From contig OY761159.2 of assembly GCA_963664395.2 (NCBI GenBank), positions 1,536,001-1,600,000 on the forward strand: a stretch of 64,000 bases of DNA. The letters run 5' to 3'. Of this stretch, positions 29,659 through 38,215 are shown piece by piece; the first letter of the stretch is position 1; each line of letters begins with the position of its first letter. A program made the translations under genes and the position numbers. The notes under the pieces were generated by a model. The model was not told the origin of the DNA and made no database searches. It worked only from the letters and a program-made list of their open reading frames with translations. This DNA comes from Candidatus Binatia bacterium. GTDB taxonomy: Bacteria > Desulfobacterota > Binatia > Bin18.

Positions 29659-30483
29659 TCAGTCGTCTTCCCTGAACAGCGCGTCGCGCCAGTCGAGCGC
29701 AGCGCGCAGGCCTTTTTCCTTCCGGATCTGGTTAAAGGTTTCCTGCTCTTGCGTCCGGGTTGTGTCAAACATGACAACCAAATCGAGATTCTGATAGATG
29801 CTGTTCAGAAAGCCCATGTTCTCATACGCCCGGTTAATGGCCGCCTTGTTAAACTTCACACCCACCTGAGCGATCTTCACCAGTTTGCGGGCCGTCTTCT
29901 CACACTCGTGCATGAGCTGGTCGTGCGGTACGACGCGGTTGATCATGCCCAGGCGTTCAGCCTCTTGGGCGGAGATCATTTCCCCGGTCAGGAGCAGCTC
30001 TTTTGCCTTGGCAAACCCGACGCTGAACGGCGTGATCAGGACCGGGGGGCCGGTCCCAAACCGGATTTCCGGTTCGCCCAACACCGCTTGCTCAGAGGCG
30101 ATTTTAATGTCGCATAACTGGGCGAGTTCACACGCGCCAGCCAGGGCATAGCCGTTAATCGCGGCGATATACGGTTTGCCGGAATGCCAGATCTTGAGAA
30201 AAATATCGATGTTATACTTCAAATCAGACCGCCAGCTATCCGCGGAGCGGTCGTAGAGTTCGGGCTCACCTTCCGGCGGCGCGATATTGAACCCCGCGGA
30301 AAACGCCCGCCCGGCTCCGGTCAGAATCACGACCCGGATGTCATCATCGGCTTCAATCGCATCGAGCGCCTCGCCCAATTCGGCCATCAGTTCCTTGCTG
30401 AGGGAGTTGAGCTTGCTGGGCCGGTTGAGGGTCAGATAGCCGATGGCATCCTTTTTCTCGAATATCAGGTTCTGATACGTCAT
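29659..30483 (-). CDS. Enoyl-CoA hydratase/isomerase
   Basis: LTLNRPSKLNSL, GRAFSAG, INGYALAGACELA, GEPEIRFG. Confidence 0.93.
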   Translation of the reverse strand: MTYQNLIFEKKDAIGYLTLNRPSKLNSLSKELMAELGEALDAIEADDDIRVVILTGAGRAFSAGFNIAPPEGEPELYDRSADSWRSDLKYNIDIFLKIWHSGKPYIAAINGYALAGACELAQLCDIKIASEQAVLGEPEIRFGTGPPVLITPFSVGFAKAKELLLTGEMISAQEAERLGMINRVVPHDQLMHECEKTARKLVKIAQVGVKFNKAAINRAYENMGFLNSIYQNLDLVVMFDTTRTQEQETFNQIRKEKGLRAALDWRDALFREDD

Positions 30484-30659
30484 ATCCCCTCCTACCCAAC
30501 AAAGAGTAAACGTGTCCGGCAATTACATCTGAGTGGAGGATACGTTCACTCTTTTTGAACCATAGCGAACCAGTCCGAACAGTCTAGCCCGTCTCCGCTC
30601 CTCTTGCCCTCGCAGGAGAAAATCTCCAGACTCGATCACACGAAAGATTGGGACGAGTC

Positions 30660-31891
30660 ATGCTGACCTCAGATCTCCTGCTGACGCGGACCGAAGGGCC
30701 GTATCTCTATCCACGCTATGTGCGGACCGACGCGCCGCGCTTTACGCGGATGGCCGAGGAGCTGATCGCCATCTATGCCGCGCATACAGGCAAACCCAGG
30801 CGGGAGCTGACCACGGCGCTCAACCAGTACGCGGAAGACCGGACCGACTTTCGCATCCAGCGTGGGCTGGCCAAGCTGCTGCGCGATGACCGGTGTGAAT
30901 TTGAGGAGCAGACGATTGCGCCGCCGCTGGAAATCCGCCGTCGCCTGTTCGCCTTGGCTCGCGAAAACCATCCCGTTGTCTTACAGCCCGACTTTATCCA
31001 CCCCGTGACCAAAGACGAGTTGATCGCTGAGGTCGCGCGCGAGTACAAAGCCGAGCCGGAACAGGTCGCGTGGGCACTCTACGCCGACCTGGCCGAGAAC
31101 CATATCCTGACGCGCTTTGACCCGCCCGAGCCGGCGTGGCTGCTCCAACGCTATAATGTCGCCCTGGCGCAGGCGCTGCTGTATCGCTGCGTACGGATGA
31201 AGCTGTCGGTCTTTCGCAACATCCCGAGCCGCTACAAGCAGCTCTTTAAGTTCATCAAATTCTATCAGCTCATGCACGCCATTGAGGGCGATCTTGACAG
31301 TGGCTATGAGATTCTGCTGGACGGGCCGGTCAGCATGTTCCGCTTATCCCAGAAGTATGGCCTCAAGCTGGCCGTCTTCCTGCCGGCCCTGCTGCTGTGT
31401 ACCCGCTGGAAGATGGAGGCCGAGATTGTCACCGCCGAGGGCGAGCAGCGTTACTTCCCCCTCGACGAGAGTAGCAATCTCGTCTCTCACTATCGTGACA
31501 GCACGATGTATGACTCTCTGCTCGAAAAGACCTTTGCCGAACGCTTTCACGCGATTGATAGCGACTGGGATATTGAACGCGAAGTGGCCATCATCAATCT
31601 GAAAGAAACCGTCTTTATTCCGGACTTCGCCTTTCGGCACACAGACGGGCGCACCGCGCTCATGGAAATCGTGGGCTATTGGCGGCCGGAGTATCTAAAA
31701 AAAAACTTATGAAGCTGCGCCGTTCAGGCCGGGAAGACATGGTGATTGCCGTGTCGGCCAACCTGAACGTCAGCCAGGACGACTTCACCGACGTTCCGGG
31801 CAGGGTGTTCTTTTTTAAGAACCGGATTAATCCCGAAGAAGTCATTGCCCGGCTTGAGCAAGTAGGGCGGGATGCCCGTCACGAAACATAG
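30660..31891 (+). CDS. DUF790 (Bax1-like) endonuclease family protein, split by a frameshift at an A9 run
   Basis: LYADL, RYNVALAQALL, LDGPVSMF, YDSLLEKTFA, FIPDFAF, EIVGYWRPEYL; C-terminus continues in the -1 frame (ORF 31679-31891). Confidence 0.85.
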
Positions 31892-31905
31892 AGGAGGAGA
31901 AGCCC

Positions 31906-32697
31906 ATGTCTGTCATCGCGTATGAAAAACGTGATCGGATCGCCTATGTCACCATTAACCGCCCGGAAGCCATGAATGCCCTCGGACCGGCCCACAATCA
32001 GGAACTCATCGAAGTCTGGACCGACTTTCGCGACGACCCGGACGTCTGGGTCGCTATCCTCACCGGGAGTGGCGAGCGGGCCTTTTGCGCCGGGGCCGAC
32101 CTCAAGACCTATACGCCGAGTATTGGCAGCGGCAATCCGTACTCGGTCAGACAGGTTGCCAACGGCCTGGGATTTGGGGGCATCACCCGTGGCCTCGAAA
32201 TCTGGAAGCCGATTATTGGGGCTGTCAATGGCTACGCCTTAGCCGGAGGATTAGAACTGGCGCTGGCGTGTGATATTCGCGTGGCGTCGGACAACGCCCA
32301 GTTCGGCTGCTCTGAGGTCAAGCGGGGGTTTCATCATTGTGATGGTGGAACGGTCCGTTTGCCGCTGATCGTCGGCTTGGCCAATGCCCTCAAGATGCAG
32401 CTCACCGGGGAGCCGATTGATGCCCAGGAAGCCCTGCGGATCGGTCTGGTGAGTGAGGTCGTGCCCACCGCGGAACTCATCCCAACCGCCGAGCGCTATG
32501 CCCGGACCATTCTGCGCAACAGCCCGCTGGGCGTGCGGTCGGCCAAAGAATCCATGCTGCGCAGCCTCGGCCGCGTGCTTGAAGACGCCCTGCGGTTTGA
32601 GAACATCTTATTCTCGACGCTGACGCAGACCCAGGATTATACCGAAGGCCCACGCGCGTTTGCGGAAAAGCGCCCGCCCGAGTGGAAAGGACAGTAG
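31906..32697 (+). CDS. Enoyl-CoA hydratase/isomerase
   Basis: INRPEAMNAL, RAFCAGADL, VNGYALAGGLELALACD, EGPRAFAEKR. Confidence 0.95.
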   Translation: MSVIAYEKRDRIAYVTINRPEAMNALGPAHNQELIEVWTDFRDDPDVWVAILTGSGERAFCAGADLKTYTPSIGSGNPYSVRQVANGLGFGGITRGLEIWKPIIGAVNGYALAGGLELALACDIRVASDNAQFGCSEVKRGFHHCDGGTVRLPLIVGLANALKMQLTGEPIDAQEALRIGLVSEVVPTAELIPTAERYARTILRNSPLGVRSAKESMLRSLGRVLEDALRFENILFSTLTQTQDYTEGPRAFAEKRPPEWKGQ

Positions 32698-32719
32698 GGG
32701 CGAGGGCGGTCGGCCCTAC
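32694..32719. repeat. GTAG-type REP-like palindrome
   Basis: GTAGGGGCGA...TCGGCCCTAC overlapping the stop codon. Confidence 0.55.
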
Positions 32720-32911
32720 TGTCGCCTCGCGCCGGTAACGGTACGATATTGGTATACGGGAACAACTCCGTCTTCCGTCCCAGCCGGCGGTGGTTCCCCT
32801 ATTCAAAGCCCATCGTGTTTTTTTCTCTATCTCTCATAGTTGCCGACGGTAGAGACTATCCGCAGCCTCATTGTGTCAAGTGCCCTGTTCCCAGGGTAGT
32901 GTCTCCCTTCC

Positions 32912-33735
32912 GCGCTTCCAAGCCGCTCCGCAGGACGCCCGCCCGCCCCCACTGCTGGAAGCGGCGCTGGCACGTCTGGTAGGGAGGAAGCCGCTCCGGT
33001 CAGTCCTGCCCCCGCGCCCCAGAGCGGAGAATCCACAAAATCCCACTGTGTCGTAATTTCCTCCCATTTTGGAGGCGACAGGAGCGGCCGGACTGTGTAA
33101 GGATTCACAGCGAAGCACTACCCTGCCCATACCCCTCCACTCCTGCTCGGGAGGCGCGTCTCGGGCGGCGGGCTGACTTCTCCAGGGCTATGGTCTATTT
33201 TTCGGCGCTTTGTCGGCGGCGAGTGATGCCGCATTAACAGTCCGGTCCGGCGAGACCGGGGTGCCGAGGGGCACGTAAGGGAGAGACGATGGTACACGAT
33301 CAGCGAATCCAGCGTGGGGCGGCCCCTTTTTCAAGGTGCAAGGCTGAAGGGGGCCGGGGCGGCTGGTCCGTTGGCGGGCTGGGGGTGGTGCTGTTCCTGC
33401 TGGCGGCCTTCGTGGTTCCCTCTAGCGGAGTAGAGGGGGAGCCGCGGGGGGTGGTCGAGAATCCGGGGGCCAACTCGTATCAGAGTGGCCTCGGCCTCAT
33501 TTCGGGCTGGGTGTGTGAGGCCGACTTAGTGGAGATTGAGATTGGGGACTTTCTGCCGCAAGCGGCTGCGTATGGCACCGAGCGAATGGACACGGCCGGG
33601 GTGTGTGGGGACGCGGACAACGGCTTTGGCTTACTCTTCAACTGGAACCTGCTGGGGGCCGGCGAGCATACGGTACGGGTGCTGGCCGATGGGGAAGAGG
33701 TTGGGCAAGCGACCTTCACGGTGACGACGCTGGAC
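32912..33735 (+). repeat. Duplicated upstream region + 5' coding block, copy 1 (partner 37497-38215)
   Basis: Near-identical sequence at offset 4585, then 4480 after a 105-nt indel. Confidence 0.92.
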
Positions 33736-36700
33736 GCGGAGTTTCTGAGCGGGGCTGAGGGGGAATGTGTGGCCGAGGACTTCCCGGCGATGGGCCGGAC
33801 CGTGACCTTGGAATGGCAACAGACCAGTCAGAATTTTGTGATCGCGGGCGGGAGTGCCCCGGCAAGGGCTCACACCGGCACCCGGCCGAGTGGTCTGACG
33901 GGGTATCTGGAGAATCCGGGGGCCAATTCGTATCAGAGTGGCATCGGAGTGATTTCGGGCTGGGTGTGTGACGCCGACACAGTCGAGATTGAAATTGGGA
34001 CCACCGGGCGGCAGGCGGCCGCGTATGGGACCGAGCGGCTCGATACGGAGTCGATGTGTGGCGATATGGACAATGGCTTTGGGTTGTTGTTCAACTGGAA
34101 TCTGTTGGGCGAGGGCGAGCATGAGGTGGTGGCATGGGTGGATGGCCTTGAGTTGGGGCGGGCCACGGTGCGGGTGACGACGCTGGGGGCGGAGTTTCTG
34201 CGGGATGTGGAGGGGGCATGTATGGTCGAGGACTTCCCGGATATGGGACAGACCGTGACCTTGGAATGGCAACAGAATAGTCAGAACTTCGTGATTGCCG
34301 GGTATGAGGCGGTGGACGAGGGCGGCACGCCGTCCGAGGAGCCGCGCGGGTCGGCAACGGGAGGCGGGTCGGCAACGGGAGGCGGGTCGGCAACGGGAGG
34401 CGGGTCATCGGCGTCGGAGGGCAGGTCGTCAACGGGGGACAGTTCTTCGTCGTCCGGGGGGTCAGGTCAGTCGTCTGAGGAGAATACGCCGACTCCGTCA
34501 AGCGGGTCATCGTCCGGGAGTGAGACCACCACGACCGATGAGGAGGACGGGTCATCTGAGGAGGACGGGTCATCTGAGGAGGACGGGTCGGCGTCCGGGA
34601 AAGGGAGTGAGACCACCACGACCGATGATTCGTCGGTCGCTATCGAATCTCAGGGGGTATTGCTGCCCGTCACACCGACCTACGGCACGGTCGCCCCGGC
34701 GGGAGATGAGAGCTGGTGGGCGGTGGATTTAGGGGCGGATGGAGAATATCTGTTTGAGGTAAAGCCGGGGGGCGCGGACCCCTTGGCCGACCCGCACCTG
34801 GTCGGGCTCTATAACGAGGAGAGGCAGCTAATGGAGGGCACGGGGGCCGCCCCTGCGGGGGCGCGCACTCAAGCCATACTCACGGTCAAGGAGTGGGGGC
34901 GGTACTATATTGCGGTGGGTAGTCGGAGCGGGGAGCAGACTGGCAGCTATGAACTCGCGATGTATGTCATCACGCCGCCGTCGCGAGTCTCGTCGCCCGA
35001 TGATTTTCCGAGGGACACGAGCACCACGGGACGCCTGGTGGTCGGGCAGGAGGTGACAGGGGAGCTTAGCACCTCACCCATCGTGGACGATGACTGGTTT
35101 GGGGTGGATCTGGAGCGGGGCTACGAGTACACGTTCGAGGTGCGGGGTGGGGACACGATGCCGGCCGAGTTTGCGACGGTGAGACGGCTGTCAGACGAGC
35201 AGGGGCGATTCATCGGGATTACGAATACGAACTTTAATCGCCCCCGGCTGGTTTTCACAGCCCGGCGGACGGGGCGCTATTATGTTGAGGTCACCTCGAT
35301 CGCCACCTCGATAACAGCGGCTCTGCGGGACACCGGCGGCAGCTACGTGTTGACGGTGACGGCCAAGGCGGTGACGTTGTCCTCAGTGCCGGAGCCGGAC
35401 GATGACTATGGGGAGGCGACGGATGCCACGACAGCACAACTCTTGGTAGGGGGGACGGTGACGGGGATAGTCAACTATATGAACGACCTGACCTATGGGT
35501 ACGATCGGGATGTGTTTGCCCTGGAGTTGGTGGCGGGTCAGACCTATCGGATGGATATACAGCGAACCAGCGGCACCTACTGGAGACCCGACCTGGAGGG
35601 GATTCATGATGCCTCCGGCACGCTGATTCCCGACACGGCGGAGGCGGACTATCTTGTGTCAGGCGCCTGGCGCCTGTGGTTCAAGGCGACCACGACCGGC
35701 ACACATTATATCGCGGTGAGCGGCACCGCCAGCTCACATTCCGGGGGACAAGTGCACGGTTATCGGCTGTCGGTTGTGGCCATGGAGCTATCCGACGACT
35801 ACGCCGCCGACACCACGACGACGGGGCGGGTTGCGGTGGGCGGTTCGGTGACAGGCAGCTTTGAGCGAGCACGGGATGAGGACTGGTTTGCGGTGGAGCT
35901 GGAGGCCGGCACGGACTATCAGATCAATCTGAAGAAAGACCCCTATGATACCGACCCCCGCTTAGTCGGGGTCTACGATGCACAGGGTACCCGGCTGCCC
36001 CACGTCACGAGAGATGAAGGGGTCCCATACGGGAACCAGTATGGGAGGTATGGGCGCCTGTATGTGACGCCGGCCGAGGCGGAGACGTATTACATTGCCG
36101 TCCGCAGTCACTATGACGAATACGAGTACGAAGTGGAGGTGGTTGAATATACCGGGGAGTTGGCGGACCTCCCGACGGATACGAGCACGCCGAAGCGGGT
36201 TGAGGTCGGGACTGAAAGCTCGGTGACGGGCAGTATTGACCCCATTTTCTTATACGATAAATCAAGCAGCGACGCGGATTGGTGGGCGGTGGAGTTCGTG
36301 GCGGGTCAGACCTATCGGATTGAGGTGAAGACGGGGGGGTGGAGCGGGTATTGGGGTTGGCGTTCGTGGGCTGCCTTCCTGCCGGGGGTTTACAATGCGC
36401 AGGGCACCCGGATTGCCGACACGGCGGGGCCGGATTACCGCCTCAGTCATTTCCACCGCCGTCGGTGGTTCACCGCGACCACGACCGGCCCGCATTATAT
36501 CGCGGTGAGGGGCTGGCTCGATGTCCTACATCCCGGGGCCGGCCCAAGCCCGGCTCATTATAGGCTATCGGTCGTGGCGGATACGCTGCCCGCCGACGAC
36601 TATCCGGCCGACACCACGACCACGGGGCAGGTGACGGTGGGGGGGACGGTGAAGGGCCAAACTGAGCATCCGGGGGATGTGGACTGGTTTGCGGTGAAGT

Positions 36701-37281
36701 TGGAGGCCGCTGTCATCTACCGGATTGAGCTGAAGCGCCAGCCGGATCCTCTGGACCCTGTCCTGACAGGGGTTTACACAGACGAGGGGACCCTGCTGCC
36801 CGGCACCACGGATGACGATGGGGGCCGCAACGGGACGCGGGTGTATGTGACGCCGTCCGTATCGGGGAAGTATTACATTGGCGCTCGCGGGGATGGGGGA
36901 GATGGGGAATATGAGCTGGGGGTGTATATCGCTGACAAGGCGGACGACTTTGCCCCTGACACCACCACGACGGGGAGAGTCACGGTGGGGGGCTCGGTCA
37001 CGGGCGAGATTGAAGCGGCCGACGACCTGGATTTGTTTGCGGTGGAGCTCACTGCCGGAACGACTTACCGGATAGAGATGGAGGGTAGCGCCACGAGCCA
37101 GGGTACACTGACGAGTCCACTGCTAGGTAGTATCTTTAACAGTAGGGGCAAGGTGATCGGCGGCGTGGGCAGAACCGCCGGGGACTGGACGGCTTCGTAT
37201 ACCGGGACCCATTACATCATGGTTGAGGCCGCTTATCAGAGGACCGGGACCTACCGACTGTCGGTGACGGAGCAGGAGTAG
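33289..37281 (+). CDS. Large secreted protein: long signal peptide, two copies of a Cys-containing domain, Ser/Gly/Glu linker, seven PPC-like repeats
   Basis: ENPGANSYQSG..ISGWVC...NGFGLLFNWN x2; repeats DDY.ADTTTTG.V.VGG..TG...D.DWFAV.L.AG..Y.I...YYIA...Y.LSV. Confidence 0.85.
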   Translation: MVHDQRIQRGAAPFSRCKAEGGRGGWSVGGLGVVLFLLAAFVVPSSGVEGEPRGVVENPGANSYQSGLGLISGWVCEADLVEIEIGDFLPQAAAYGTERMDTAGVCGDADNGFGLLFNWNLLGAGEHTVRVLADGEEVGQATFTVTTLDAEFLSGAEGECVAEDFPAMGRTVTLEWQQTSQNFVIAGGSAPARAHTGTRPSGLTGYLENPGANSYQSGIGVISGWVCDADTVEIEIGTTGRQAAAYGTERLDTESMCGDMDNGFGLLFNWNLLGEGEHEVVAWVDGLELGRATVRVTTLGAEFLRDVEGACMVEDFPDMGQTVTLEWQQNSQNFVIAGYEAVDEGGTPSEEPRGSATGGGSATGGGSATGGGSSASEGRSSTGDSSSSSGGSGQSSEENTPTPSSGSSSGSETTTTDEEDGSSEEDGSSEEDGSASGKGSETTTTDDSSVAIESQGVLLPVTPTYGTVAPAGDESWWAVDLGADGEYLFEVKPGGADPLADPHLVGLYNEERQLMEGTGAAPAGARTQAILTVKEWGRYYIAVGSRSGEQTGSYELAMYVITPPSRVSSPDDFPRDTSTTGRLVVGQEVTGELSTSPIVDDDWFGVDLERGYEYTFEVRGGDTMPAEFATVRRLSDEQGRFIGITNTNFNRPRLVFTARRTGRYYVEVTSIATSITAALRDTGGSYVLTVTAKAVTLSSVPEPDDDYGEATDATTAQLLVGGTVTGIVNYMNDLTYGYDRDVFALELVAGQTYRMDIQRTSGTYWRPDLEGIHDASGTLIPDTAEADYLVSGAWRLWFKATTTGTHYIAVSGTASSHSGGQVHGYRLSVVAMELSDDYAADTTTTGRVAVGGSVTGSFERARDEDWFAVELEAGTDYQINLKKDPYDTDPRLVGVYDAQGTRLPHVTRDEGVPYGNQYGRYGRLYVTPAEAETYYIAVRSHYDEYEYEVEVVEYTGELADLPTDTSTPKRVEVGTESSVTGSIDPIFLYDKSSSDADWWAVEFVAGQTYRIEVKTGGWSGYWGWRSWAAFLPGVYNAQGTRIADTAGPDYRLSHFHRRRWFTATTTGPHYIAVRGWLDVLHPGAGPSPAHYRLSVVADTLPADDYPADTTTTGQVTVGGTVKGQTEHPGDVDWFAVKLEAAVIYRIELKRQPDPLDPVLTGVYTDEGTLLPGTTDDDGGRNGTRVYVTPSVSGKYYIGARGDGGDGEYELGVYIADKADDFAPDTTTTGRVTVGGSVTGEIEAADDLDLFAVELTAGTTYRIEMEGSATSQGTLTSPLLGSIFNSRGKVIGGVGRTAGDWTASYTGTHYIMVEAAYQRTGTYRLSVTEQE

Positions 37282-37496
37282 GGCGGGGAAGGGGGACCGG
37301 CGCCCCCATACAGAAGCGGAGACAGGCACGGGGCGGGAGGATTGTCACAGTGAAGGACCCCGAGCCGTGGTCTCATAAAGAGCAGCGGCGCAAGAGAAGG
37401 CTACAGCCCCGTCCGTTTTTTTCGCCCCGATGAAGGGGGCATCGCTGAAACACTCGCTGAGGTCCACCTCGCCCCGCGTCCGTACCTCCTCGGCCA

Positions 37497-38215
37497 GCGC
37501 CTCCAAGACGCCCCGCAGGACGCCCGCCCGCCCCCACTGCTGGAAGCGGCAAGGGCAGGTCTGGTAGGGGGGAAACCGCTCCGGTCAGTCCTGCCCCCGC
37601 GCCCCAGAGCGGAGAATCCACAAAATCCCACCGTGTGGTGATTTCCTCCCATTTTGGAGGCGCCAGGAGCGACCGGATTGTGTAGTGTTTTGCTGGCGGC
37701 GGGTGATGCCGCATCAACAGTCTGGTCCGGCGAGACCGGGGTGCCGAGGGGCACGTAAGGGAGAGATGATGGTACACGATCAGCGAATCCAGCGCAGGGC
37801 GGCTTCTTTTTCAAGGTGCAAGGCTGAAGGGGGCCGAGGCGGCTGGTCCGTTGGCGGGCTGGGGGCGGTGCTGTTCCTGCTGGCGGCCTTCGTGGTGCCC
37901 TCTAGCGGCGTAGACGGGGAGCCGCGGGGGATGGTCGAGAATCCGGGGCCCAACTCGTATCAGAGTGGGATTGGGGTGATCTCGGGCTGGGTGTGTGCGG
38001 CGGAGGCGGTGGAGATTGAGATTGGGGACTTTCTGCCGCAAGCGGCTGCGTATGGCACCGAGCGAATGGACACGGCCGGGGTGTGTGGGGACGCGGACAA
38101 CGGCTTTGGCTTACTCTTCAACTGGAACCTGCTGGGGGCCGGCGAGCATACGGTACGGGTGCTGGCCGATGGGGAAGAGGTCGGGCAGGCGACCTTCACG
38201 GTGACCACGCTGGGA
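37497..38215 (+). repeat. Duplicated upstream region + 5' coding block, copy 2
   Basis: Matches 32912-33735. Confidence 0.92.

Noticed and set aside
37685-37768. Upstream start for the second giant protein given by the ORF track
   Set aside because: The equivalent region in copy 1 contains an in-frame TAA, and both copies have an SD just before MVHDQ.
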